64,000 bases of DNA from an uncultured virus (IMG/VR IMGVR_UViG_3300025141_000064) (lineage: Duplodnaviria > Heunggongvirae > Uroviricota > Caudoviricetes): the IMG/VR virus record IMGVR_UViG_3300025141_000064. The stretch is one strand, 5' to 3'. Shown here in pieces: positions 39,401 through 46,000 of this stretch. The notes under the pieces were generated by a model. That model was not told the DNA's origin and ran no database searches. It saw only the letters and a list, made by a program, of their open reading frames with translations. Made by a program: the position numbers and the translations under genes. Numbering within the stretch: position 1 is the stretch's first letter; each line of letters starts with the position of its first letter.

Positions 39401-40164
39401 GGCTTCCATCCTTCTATTAGTTTATTGTTTCTACTGGTAGGTCGTAGTGCGCGAGCGGAACTCGCCTTGCCCTCGTCAACGTCAGTTTTCTCTGGGACAA
39501 TACCAGCTTTCCACGCGGCTACATAATCATAGTCAGCGTCCATTGGGTCTGGGTCAACCCTATGTTTGAGCGCGATTTCGTGTCTCCACGCCAGCACATC
39601 TTGGTCGGTGTTCCACCACGTATAGAACTCCCCTGCCTCTGTTGGTAAAAGCCGCTCTGACCTTTCGACTGGTTTCCTGTATTCCGACAGGTCTCCTGCC
39701 CCTTTCGTATTTTCAAAAAGTTCCCCTGCCGCTTTAGTCCCAAACTCCTTCTTATTCTTGGCAGCCTCCCTTCTCTGTGTTGGGGTTAGCTTGTATGGAA
39801 CCCCCTCAACTGGTTCTGGTGGTGGGGCAACGTAATCGAACGCCTTTGCCCATTCATTGAACTCTGGCAAGGTTCCCCCACGCTTATCATTAAGGAAATC
39901 GTAAATCTTCTTTTTACCACCCTCTTGTTTAAGGGTGACACCGAATTTATTTGGTGATGCATTTCTTCCTAAGTGGCTTTGAAGTTCCTTGAGTATAGAG
40001 AATTTCGTAAATTTCTCTGGCTCAACTGGTGGGTCTTGCTCCTTTCCGCCAGCTTTAGGCGTAGGCGCTTCTATAACAGCCATGCTTTCCGCGCCACCTG
40101 CCTTTGGTTTCCCTGTGGCGGTAGAGGTTACATCATCAGGCGCGGTCTGTAAAGGAATTGCCAT
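24430..40164 (-). CDS. Giant polyvalent (probably ejected) protein: SF2 strawberry-notch-like helicase, ParB-like domain, zincin peptidase, LPD38-like C-terminus
   Basis: LADGTGVGKT, FDEAHNLKN, ATATP, SGGTGISL, QILGRISR; PSH...SGNGR; HEFGH; 5244 aa. Confidence 0.85.
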   Translation of the reverse strand: MAIPLQTAPDDVTSTATGKPKAGGAESMAVIEAPTPKAGGKEQDPPVEPEKFTKFSILKELQSHLGRNASPNKFGVTLKQEGGKKKIYDFLNDKRGGTLPEFNEWAKAFDYVAPPPEPVEGVPYKLTPTQRREAAKNKKEFGTKAAGELFENTKGAGDLSEYRKPVERSERLLPTEAGEFYTWWNTDQDVLAWRHEIALKHRVDPDPMDADYDYVAAWKAGIVPEKTDVDEGKASSARALRPTSRNNKLIEGWKPTDGEASSHLMASATVDGKNVAYPTLFPIDPNNITSDPSGWMEMTEENGYDKWDALKEAHKRGEIFFFDTREEAEGFAKGDWKGKRHWASVDPETGGYLKGEAHPTRWKEEHYQTFGFDPDAYGIDVEQSLELTLLEAQSRGAFDDDIYPADSPYPLPTWKELNLTLREPTEAEKIERAAKKVAKDREAFRLRNSLNNLAGINKSKTFQEEMSGSQKPKKEGEEETPETNLKEGITPETEQFHRYKPLSQLGMFFLTPAERSIAEVLKKEVEVIEKSELKADGSLRPDSDLSQKWSTRTLDKAQSISPEWSPLYNPTDYTTKLAMFGVYEAAMAELHEAAYQFKRVAVGAGYSYKREEKDAKEQPEISNQQSRTLENLAANRRRAQETYERLYSLFGMDADGVYPEVYIGSGDNHALRDTYNMFALGVERLTPDFLPNSSATEQFLEAKMRFETAFDNMRDMSRVFLTNNSFAETKNTSIPKRFMEKALEGNMGAVAPKNMGIGIKTEEDARMNAFSSLYHNGIYDVMKQTGMYSNKTLEDLMDKTGRSPVTGELFADFSGGLGGFLPTLYVARGTIMKFGGKNAQMMFQAMRRSKVPSTRRWGVLGNILLEEAVFQAAGGEIGAGAGFGAAGMATEFMHGRTFGGKYGGIISAIGNKFLAMATTGVTMTSAMEFSKLTGALAHNIIEGGDGERFIEALQLRNNRGEMIELSDFAKHKLIEMTVNSFFGLAHGNLKADVRDHINPRIDEGKVKWLDKERMEIRQLARELEKKGYKDMADEMYHWNNSLPLTIRRNMSLISEVGRSADATGVPYFSKNQRYKVADGDVGMTREVTKDEKNKLIINEDGHLVYSEPKKSITDELSDADMVKENPDFDLAKKHNISDDIYELAFRGKTATETAAELYGQIKKGSIVVKDHNGVPIKGRKAKARLKEIVEAAHKQKAVPSIDKLRELENEFMIHTAIGRNGEKYRAKQKELGQIEYEIKFHKEQVEKAGEEPSQYDASAIAIKDLEVKKIKKQAEIDGMKVDKRIREIAKNVEDIQDQYNNWRASADRLFYERPVERIGVRDVVTDPAEIDQRVQEYVDKEGETFQLKPTYKIDGKEVNEKTALEYLNKSSNRDKILRGESDVSAENITGDNAVINSLRRINRTEKPFGEYAESESRNTTFKDADGAQVYRTEEDGSYRRGKLVKEKGGEYTFRSGSGKEADSKPVSRSEEGGVDVRETLEGAVEQGAVVEKEGTKGRLIKGEGGRYAIETADGKVYDVAPSQPKDRLEDHNIKPLGSERRIEDTDKLGEKGFTLADPLMEQPVRTKRKQPSELSADGKRITKGKEVYEVKEVRKNEKGKVTSIGAQKLDAKGKPVGKKVSLRNDDVLYQMELFNRQPPAKGVKFSTVEEHEGERYIVEHEGEHEVSRTKLTTVEKQREAEVEAEQKAEVKKQEAEAEAEAEIDEFLKEEPELAEELEKEFESEKVEEKTPETEEVEAAEEKPKSLIDELLDELTDEDLAEFGLETTKKGTIEAMETSSGKTPEEIKKAKVRALIGKMLKDKKELLADQRFQKKVSDLYDAMSEQAEMVGSKEQYAEYVASVASGLTPNVHGKRHIGSKAKGVVYTHPTEKLGFVDGYDGLRAEPYLINQRKEEAIGEFDTSPLIAGEYRIEAPEQSHMLGSVEDISNFTKGIEDGKYGGIPTEQSGTGGAAKGVRPEGGKATGEPDGGSGGKGQSGTDGDRGEVDADPIKPDAPKRTVLTSDEGEGDTGRPPLHGTHYGDLPEPTTHINDGKYDIDEHQLYALNQILTRFYDNEGEGFVLADGTGVGKTRILLTSAREIADRTGKPVLIITENKQILETAFKPEAERAGVNLDNIEMTTYDGIKGEGGLKEDFQKDYGAVMFDEAHNLKNPTSDKSATALTITADKHLFATATPMDRPTGATYFFEKMLGIPKAQIMAQLGFKLKPMVHPKTGKTFDMPILMEGFEWKDVFQNMLKMRDDAELKGAFLRRHYPFYGEILENNLFLSTEDAAITDAHVRNWLDKIEDGGKKAGFMKGQMLFETSRLNEKLKLDALYPEIQEALVRGEKVIVIAETVNPSVLRGMTEREYFEKRQWGIKAQLSSEHGEKVDELMNALMMVRGGERNEGTTHDGSLAEHYMAMARMRDAVRKQEKLEEILDFEQIILEIPDVKRFIDMAEKIMDDKSMPIELRQFAEEIEMNGNPVKRNQAYIDGETTRMRENKRPIDREGDAIINSMINELGGRLKEDGFSFGKIYGKGDKTGEVDKFQNDENDVVIATPKSGGTGISLDDQVGGMPRKMYITTANFAGDLFQQILGRISRKNTKSASSAEIIYANTLRAGMAETVYSDGKRKDIVAQKLKVLKAIQEGLDPDVARGLKIDGEEGDVTEEITGSGKSKAVPLTDILPPAKGKPKPKPPEDPNEPLVLNEDYAKWVRDEEISDDIILGIAQKRMDGKPLTKREKAIHDHPVKYKEIQELIDEPPKEEKPRGARPSGGSSSRPKATPSGGSEKRPDGEKVTGAKKKVKEAEAGVKKAQDEAEAEKAAGKKDVPSEVKGEQDRTLKALTEPFQDPNGSTWAQFNEKGEVVAVGYLEDGKVVQNDSPNNERNLKRIKPLWEEFKRRNEIAHSPELADVLQLIGEKGADGAREFFEQFTYEERGTSPSSTDAESAAGVANWLFHKEPSQTKFIAEKTKEALTGEKPTPSESGEKVRAAEEELKKAQEELGKAEEEETKSVEETPTEEPPKKEVEPEAPKPIKDYDEVLRNPKEVERLLKEKFISDNKAFSNMESWKVAGNENQIEYGDFISNEGKKVTVHDERGLREAVIGNVLRNTPYAKDVKNVEYDKATGHVRFTIEFENGKEVKASLSAVEPNLLGTEHIPNSGSDASITRTGLLTARYAVEAGYDNAGGLTALTKAYVSAKKRSPSRRSLTEKKLVEEVEDVIVPKQQEKRTFGNPKSPRVRGGVHEFNDNATIQDPFSGEVFTVLFSDTKQPMLVTHDQKAHSIIPHPDREFILIGESGTIDASRMYHNDVTDAYLQKHIDAGGKVINLDEYNGNVRERKGEGFVEDFDPANYGGKPVYAVMEDFANAQKDMENTVYLVFRSIGKEYDKALEDLEDSEGTGAEAQEIRDAIAENQAESSKHIKEFTEKRTAAIEKLNNYILERAEKNYNFFDQVERMSFLTDYERATTLRDQVTKNLDTLIDELVELRNTQKKAAETETRGATKEGEFNAVSGFRDAVKSDKSAGVVVKGSETSISMPDGSERGARFAVVEGSEVAPSHILHSVDRVEVHPLYPTQEGVETINPTDYKNDKQALKHTWDISNNVKPHKMITNAAEPSVGVPVISIDGVVKSGNGRTIAFQRAIREGNLEAYNKHLQEHISEYGIKPSEIAHMENPMLVKIDMSNIGGEYTVVELSKFNGDPQKVKSPTQKAIEYSRMVAGEEFDGVKKRMAEVLSEVGADGKPRYKNFSEFFKDKAAVKRMIDVLTQEKVILEKDAAVYFDAAKGQFTDQGKVLFQTVLQGGLFDARVVEALIDGKLKGLNKDKVSKLLLPLYKMKALDPQFDIVPMVNEAMYLISQHRASTYTGDLASFLKMPRTAGETPSIPEVNALAILIGETSGRAATYKARDIQRFLDEYTKRALEAKGGTLFAADPKNLTPRSLIDGIASENAHYEKLVDMLRFTDEVKGTKDAMMRKNTQGKTEHQVIGSSIPFRHTGNAAVWRKSELNNVQTLQDIARDFFRDVGIKGGKEARAGHQKVAGRSALGWYNSENGIFMFKSIDDLPTIFHEFGHKVDLEKVFGGRSGSGELNFTTQELLVIEAHERGNHTAIAQHRRTMGDKVVDTLLHKNEIRTQAIKFLEDIDHYHKANDEKGLREALAEGFSRLIVNPEYLETKAPIFHEFLTDLIKTNPKLERAMYDAKIKVEILKKKDTRFRDMVGGVAYYKTKARLFSAMKWLRDGDAISALFDSDHWIKKINDDLLRENPNLPTGQQPIYDVLSSRGISGKVNQWVNRNPFLTHVDAYGKKHIQILHNVKPLTKILEPAMDKIGIQGTDLILAYHRAVDLHRISKEAKTEFMDLQSKAQKASAWLEMHTNADGKIVGVGAMEIAKRRAVILDFKKKKPALKRRMTYKDKAINNNIKEVEDGLDAFRRDFGNDIINDLKTDLIDYNNALLEYAREGGILTTEQISGMRRDSEFYFPMKRHFDSWDRIGGRRVGKVGTSVKKRNLETTKGFEAGAVSRALESPVASLYDHTHDMLVKVDVNNKKRAVVDALFNVRHGATKVRGAGDHTVEIWRDGKKEYYQIPEEYSKEFDAMSLAPDWSMKLLHLPVRVLQKGAITYNPEFAIKNFTRDQVSSSFYSEHGYNPIINPLNTARGVLMAIQAQAGRESAKTKEVIDNWYASGAAMSTMNEILTAKENLYSPKQKEHSVVLLHEQIKGGLPAHQIREYNRRVSRFNAYMSKAGNNTIGAFGNFLSAVTTISETSTRLALYTNAYNKTGDHNLALKESRFGGADYGQSGSMQMIKWMSVMTPFINANLQHTYETVKTVSTKERAIKTAKLGGIIAMMSAGNWALHNLFYDDMMGYDDGRVKKEWDRASIHEKLHYWRIWIPHLNAMAKLPKGSFGMDFGTTIEAGLDYTQGNDPRLMDVLLGEIVKENLGTFTSIKSNAPQTSKATAIMNNWNDWTGRAVEPTYMQGISMYRRYDADTPQIFKKMGKMSEWVGINENYGGVSPKRLDAVTYALLGGGFYNVIDMGDKALQGLGVFEKNPTTTKEWVQGLPIIKTMFAREATGTRSSYTRDMFDITDEMSRLYNDYRDSLGAIDYETYKITTGSKRKAELLTHYMIHSQRGSNEIHKLKAAIGNMMKTSQQLADPKSLLYKVVSGLMGDVEDKEGTMEAFADYYRENAFEAIAFESESWYNNFQEYRSLSDDKSVAADDEAGYHRYRVSPKTLIYSHLNDERVMQLLGLDDVVKILTLKQGKKKRKK

Positions 40165-40222
40165 TGGCGAAAGTTACGAATTACTACCGTTCCCACTTAG
40201 GGTTGCGTTTAAGAAGTCTTCC

Positions 40223-42328
40223 CTACTTTCCCCCACCGCCAGTCTCATCAAAGACCACTCCGCCCTCGCCAGCTTTGGGTCGTTTCCTAAAGAGTTTTTT
40301 GTGGTAGCTGTCGTCAATCTGATTATCAAGTTCTGCTACAACTGCTGGGTTGTGCATGTCTCTGAGGAAGCGAACGGTAAAGCCGTTATCGTCTACGCCT
40401 GTAATCATCTCGTTGTCTGACAGCACTTGAAACTTCAGTAGGGCTTCTGCAAACTGGTCGTCTCCGAAGTCGATGTCTTGTATTTTAGTGCCATCCTTTC
40501 TTTCTTCCCGTACTCTCGCAAGGTCTTTGGCGAAGGCAGCAGCTTTTTCAGCAGCTAACCCGAACCTGTACTCGGAAACAGCCACCATTCTCATATCGCT
40601 ATCGTTCGTTGTTCCGACCTGCGCAACACTAAGAAGGTTTTTGCCGACCTTTCCATCTTTAACCTTGACAAAGCCGATGTTTGAACCCATGTGCTTCCCT
40701 TCCATTGACGCTCCCATAGGAACCGCGTCTCTGTCTATTCCATCGAAATCGTCTCTGTTTATGTCGCTGTCCATCAGCTTTCCTATTTCCTCGCCTGTGA
40801 ACGTGCGCCATTCTTTGTCCGTTGCTCCCAGTCCGATGTCAAGCTGCATCCCTCCGAGATCATCTACTTCAAGCGAGAATATCTGCGCCACCGTTCCGTC
40901 AGGGAATGTGATGTCGTTGTTCTCATCCAACAGCCCAGACCTCAAATTACTCTCGTTTCCAGCGTATTTGACCAGATCGGTTATCTGCTGTTTGCTCTCA
41001 TAGATGGAGCGATAGAGAGTTGGGGTGTCCTTGCCGCCTCCACCACCATCACCTCCATCAGAAACCTGTGTCCAAGTAATTCCGAGATTGGCTTTGTAGA
41101 AGTTCGCGATGTCTTTCTCTACTTGTTCTCTAACATAAGCAGGTTTTTTACCTGCATACACACCACCATGACCTGTTAGTTCGGCTTTGTTGTTTTGCAT
41201 GAAAGTGTCAACCAACCACTTCCTTTTGGGTGGCGTTAGGTATGAACTCGTTGTTTTTGCCAGTAGTTTTTTGTCCACCCCATCTAAAGTTTCAATACCA
41301 AGCTTGGTAGCAATGTCCTTATCGACATACTGCTTCATGTGGTCAGCATACAGCGTTGGTAATTTAGCACCATATCCGAAGCGCTGGAACATCTTTTGCT
41401 TCTCATCGTGAGATGCTGCTATAAATTCATCAATATTATTATAGAAGTCCCAGACCATATCCATAGTAGCTTGGGGCTTGAAAGAGCCAGCAGGTAGGTC
41501 TTCTATTTTCTGCACCCTTTCTGCTACTTCATCGATGAGGGCTGCGTCTGCTTTAAGCGCTCTGCCGCACTCTTCTATCTCAAACTTTGCTGATGCGCCA
41601 TCTCCACCGTGTCGCATATAAATTTCCTTGTACTTCTCGTAGTACGCTTGGTTAATATCTCCCTCATACGCTCCATGAGTTTCCTCCCAAGCTGCATCAG
41701 GAAACGGTGTTTTTTCAGGCGGCTCCTGTACTTTCTTCTGCCTGTAATATGCTTCTTTGGCTGCGTCTGTGAGAACCTTTTTTCTGGCGTGGAGCATCCC
41801 AATGGGAGCAAGATAACCGCTTTCAACAAATATTGGTTGGGTTCCTATCATGGAGCCTTGAACGTGAGATACCACAGGGTTCTCCATGTAGTGTGGGTAG
41901 TATTGCTCAAGTGACAAATGACCCCTGTTTGCGTCTTCATACTTCGCTGGATTACCAAGCATATCAGGGTTTCCCATGTCGCCAGAGATACCACCTAAAT
42001 CACCCATCTGTCCGAAGATGTCAGCTATACTGCCACCACCATCAGGGGTTCCTGTGTGTGGTGTTTTCCCAAGTAGTCTGGCTACTGCTGATTTTCCTGC
42101 TGCTGACCCTCTGGCTTTTGCCGCAGCCATACCAGAAGAGGGCGTTTTCGGATGCCTTATCGCTCCCATCTGTCCGAAGAAGCTTGCGGTAGGGTTGCTT
42201 GGTGGCGCGGAAGATGTGGGATTATTGGACTGGCTGATATAGTTATTGGGGTTGCCAGCGTTAGGCGGATTAACTCCCCTCCGTCCTCTGCTTCGCGCTT
42301 GTTTTTTTTTATTCCTTTTCTTGGCCAT
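40223..42328 (-). CDS. Putative internal virion/ejection protein
   Basis: Basic, low-complexity N-terminus; lies between the tail genes and the giant gene. Confidence 0.55.
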   Translation of the reverse strand: MAKKRNKKKQARSRGRRGVNPPNAGNPNNYISQSNNPTSSAPPSNPTASFFGQMGAIRHPKTPSSGMAAAKARGSAAGKSAVARLLGKTPHTGTPDGGGSIADIFGQMGDLGGISGDMGNPDMLGNPAKYEDANRGHLSLEQYYPHYMENPVVSHVQGSMIGTQPIFVESGYLAPIGMLHARKKVLTDAAKEAYYRQKKVQEPPEKTPFPDAAWEETHGAYEGDINQAYYEKYKEIYMRHGGDGASAKFEIEECGRALKADAALIDEVAERVQKIEDLPAGSFKPQATMDMVWDFYNNIDEFIAASHDEKQKMFQRFGYGAKLPTLYADHMKQYVDKDIATKLGIETLDGVDKKLLAKTTSSYLTPPKRKWLVDTFMQNNKAELTGHGGVYAGKKPAYVREQVEKDIANFYKANLGITWTQVSDGGDGGGGGKDTPTLYRSIYESKQQITDLVKYAGNESNLRSGLLDENNDITFPDGTVAQIFSLEVDDLGGMQLDIGLGATDKEWRTFTGEEIGKLMDSDINRDDFDGIDRDAVPMGASMEGKHMGSNIGFVKVKDGKVGKNLLSVAQVGTTNDSDMRMVAVSEYRFGLAAEKAAAFAKDLARVREERKDGTKIQDIDFGDDQFAEALLKFQVLSDNEMITGVDDNGFTVRFLRDMHNPAVVAELDNQIDDSYHKKLFRKRPKAGEGGVVFDETGGGGK

Positions 42329-43053
42329 TATGCTGCGTTCATCGTGTTCGCCAAGCCAGCTTGCATGTTCGCTCTACCAGCACTCTTCATTTTCTTGGCA
42401 TCAGCCATCTTTTGAGAATACTTCCAGCTTTTCAACTCAAGCTTTCTTTGAGACATCTCTTTTGATGTTGCGTCAGCCAACGCTGTGTATTTGTCTCGAT
42501 TAGCCATAACGCCCGACATGAGCGCATTTCTCTGTTCCCCAGATACTCTTGAGGATAATGCCATTGCCTGTAAAGCTGAACCGCCTGTGCCAGCCATCCG
42601 TGCTACTGCTGCCTCTCTCCCCCTTTGCCCTTGCATCAAGGTGTTCACTTCATTCTGAAACAGGCTCCCTGTGGCTGCGCCACGTTCCATCCTTTGATAG
42701 TTCGAGTGCGCCTGTGCGCGTGAGGGGTCAATAAGTTCTGGGAATAGTGCTTCTGCTTTCTTTTCCTTCCTTCTGCCAATGCTCTCCATCCCCACACCCT
42801 GTATCATCTGAACCACACCTGCGGCTCCCTGCTTGTGGGCTGCGTGCCTTTCTCTGGTCAGGCTTTCAATCTTGTCTCCGCCCTCTTTGGCTTTGTTCAC
42901 CATTCCACCCAACATGCCACTTTGTCCAGCAGCACCAAGCGCAGCCATCCAACTAAGGGTTATATTTCCTAAATCCGTGTCTGGGGCAAAGAACCACACT
43001 ACCAGAATGATAGCGTAAAGACATATAATAAGGGGGGTGGATAAATTCTTCAT
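42328..43053 (-). CDS. Putative ejection protein (membrane-interacting)
   Basis: N-terminal TM and Ala/Gly/Met/Gln-rich helical body typical of podovirus ejection proteins. Confidence 0.6.
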   Translation of the reverse strand: MKNLSTPLIICLYAIILVVWFFAPDTDLGNITLSWMAALGAAGQSGMLGGMVNKAKEGGDKIESLTRERHAAHKQGAAGVVQMIQGVGMESIGRRKEKKAEALFPELIDPSRAQAHSNYQRMERGAATGSLFQNEVNTLMQGQRGREAAVARMAGTGGSALQAMALSSRVSGEQRNALMSGVMANRDKYTALADATSKEMSQRKLELKSWKYSQKMADAKKMKSAGRANMQAGLANTMNAA

Positions 43054-43066
43054 CGTTTCAAAGTTA

Positions 43067-46000
43067 CTATTTCATTGGCGCAAATTGAACTGCCATCATT
43101 TTAAGAACGAACGCTTCGCCCTTGTGTTTAACTCCAACCACAACGCTTCGCCCTTGAAATCTATCGTGTGGCGCAGCAGATTTTCTTGGTATATGCTGTT
43201 CCCATCCGTTGTAGTTTTTAAGGTAGAACTGTCCGAAGTTGGCGGTACTCATTTCTGCCTGTATCGGGTCTGCTACAAAATTTCTAAAATCAACAGATGT
43301 CGGCTTTTCGTCAGACGCAATCCGCACTCTCTTAAATTCTCCCTCACCGATACCTGCTGGGGCGAACACTTCCGACAACTCATACTCAATTTCCTCACCA
43401 TTTATGATGTAGCCTTTGTTCAGTTCGTATGTCAATCCATCTCTACAAGCAAAGGTTCTCCCATTGAATGAGATGTACTTATCAAAGATGTAGTCGTACT
43501 TCCCATTCCAATGTTCCTTGAGTGGGTTGTAAACAAGTGTGTTCGCAAAGCAAGGGTCTTCGGCAGCCTCAAATTGCCAGAGACCAGTTTCAACATGTAA
43601 GGAAAAGCATTTTGTATCTCCATCTTCGATTGGGTACTCGACTATTTGAGCGAACACCAGTTGCTCAATTATTATGGTTTGGCCGCTATTGTTGGTAACA
43701 CAAAGTCTGTCTGTTGCTGTTGGCATAACGGCTGGTAAGCGAAGTCTTCCGTCTGAATTTTCCCCAAGACCAGTAACCCTGATGTCGTGAACGTATGGAG
43801 CGCTCACGAAATCTTCCATCGGGTCATAAAACTTTTTCACAAGAATTATGTCAACACATTTCCTTGATATATCTACCCAGTATTCGTTATGAAGCGTGTC
43901 GTAATTTCCACACAACTTATTCTCATGACCCACCCCAAGTTTACTAATAACTTCGCTTCGTACTGTTGGGTAATATGCTTTCCTTCCAATATCAACTATC
44001 TCATTACCAAGTAGTTGGTATGCTGAATTGAAGTTTGTCCAGTAAAGAACATTGTTCCATTCTGCATAAGACCTCCATGTTTCATCGTTCATTCCTATCA
44101 CTCTTGAGAGCCAGTATTCCAACTGAACAAACTGATTGTCTCCACTCCCCATCAGCGCAATCTCTGTGGCGTTAATGTCTGATAGTATTTTCTTACCTGT
44201 TAACACCATCGCAATACCGCTATCGGTAATCGCGTAAAGATTATGCCCCTTGTCTGACAGGGAACTAAATGCGCGCTTGATTCCTCCCTGCGCGTCATCA
44301 AGGTCATAGTGGTTGAGTTCTGGGAACGTCCGTAAACTTGGGGTGTCCTGTGCTGCAATGTTTCTTTCGGGTGTCCAAATGTGTCTGGTACAGAAATCTG
44401 TTTCCTCAACAAACCCTACTATCGGCTTGGTGGTGTACTTGATGTGGTCAGGCTCTCTTGAGTAGTCAGCATTAGCCAGCTTGTTGTATCTAAAGCCTCC
44501 CCACGCCCAAGTAAGGTTTTCTGAATTTGGATAATCGTCACGGTAGATTGTGGAAATCCAGTAGTCTCCATCACAGTAGTCGTCATTCGGGTCGTCACAA
44601 TCGAACTTACATGGTCGCACGATATAGTGTGTCGCTGGGAAATACCCATTCAGCCCAGACGGAACAAACTCATCGGTTATCCGTTCCTCATAACAGTACC
44701 ATGTGTGCGAGCGTGTCTGTGATGGGTACATAATAACCATCTGCCTGATATAGTTGAGGTCAACAGTATTACATTGCTGGGTAATAGCCATTGTTTGGTT
44801 TGATGGAACATAATACCTATTGTTAATTGTAAAGTCGTAATAAGGGAACCCTAAGTTCAGTCTGAACTCTTCGTTTTTTGCTACGCCAGAAGTACATTGG
44901 CAGGTACTATTTCTATCAATAGGAGCAAACAAATCTTCTCCGCCAACGACATCTCCACCCCAAAATTTGATTGGTAGTCGGTTGTCGTACTTCACCATTA
45001 TCTTCTTAGCGAAAGGAACTACCACAGTTGTGTCGTCAAATATCAGGGTAGTTTCCCGTTCATCAGATGTGGATGTGTGTGTGTAAACCCCATAGACCTC
45101 AAATCCATTTGCATCAAGAAAAAATCCATTTGCCAGTATATCCGCGTGAACAGCGTCAATAAACACCTGTGTCTGATAGGTTACATTGAGCCACCTGTCA
45201 TACTCTTCTTGGTCGTTCTCAATCCAAACGTAAGCAAGGTCGCCAGCAAAGGGTGATAAAGGGTCAAGTGCTGGGCAGCAATCTTCCCATCTCTCATCAA
45301 CCAGCTTGTATTGGTTGCCGTAGTTCCCATTACCTACACCAATGATAGCTTCTATTTTTTGGTAATGTCCTGTGCCAATAAACTGCTTAGTGGTCTGTCC
45401 TTGCGGTATCTGAACATCATCACGAATAATTTGAACTATATAGAATGGCTCATGGAACTTTCTTAGGCGTGGGTGATTGAACCGCTTATTACAGTCGTCA
45501 AACGCAATATTTGATGTCCTATATACATTTTCCCCAAGTGTTAGTTCAAACTTAGGACTAAGCCTGTCTCCATCGGTCACAAATGTAATTCCTGCGAGAC
45601 CGAATGTTTTAAGTTCTCCATTGGCATCTGTGGCGCGCCCTTCCGTTCCTTGTTGAGTAGCCCACCCCATACTTTCTGTGGTAGCATCATTTCTCCAACT
45701 ACCGAACTGAACATGACCATTATCTCCAATTTGAGAAGGGGTGTCTTTAATGTTGATGCTTCCATCTTCATATTGTAATCTGGCATAGGATATAAGGTCA
45801 ACTGTATGGTCAACCTGTGTGTCATCAAACCTACCATGATACATTTCAGAGAAGAAGCCCATTGGTGAGATCAACTGTACCTTATAGTTGCTCGGAGTAG
45901 CTTGCATCAACTGTACCTCTTGGGGATTTACCCCGATTGCGTTCTCAATATCAGATGAATAGAACCATAACCTATGTTTGTCTTTGGTCGCTTTTGTGTC

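Noticed and set aside
24430..40164. Virion RNA polymerase or DarB-type methylase in the giant protein
   Set aside because: No DxDxD polymerase motif in a fitting context and no NPPY/F methylase motif found by eye
24523..40420. Numerous + strand ORFs opposite the giant gene
   Set aside because: Ser/Phe/Leu-rich antisense shadows of a Glu/Lys-rich gene, with no recognisable motifs
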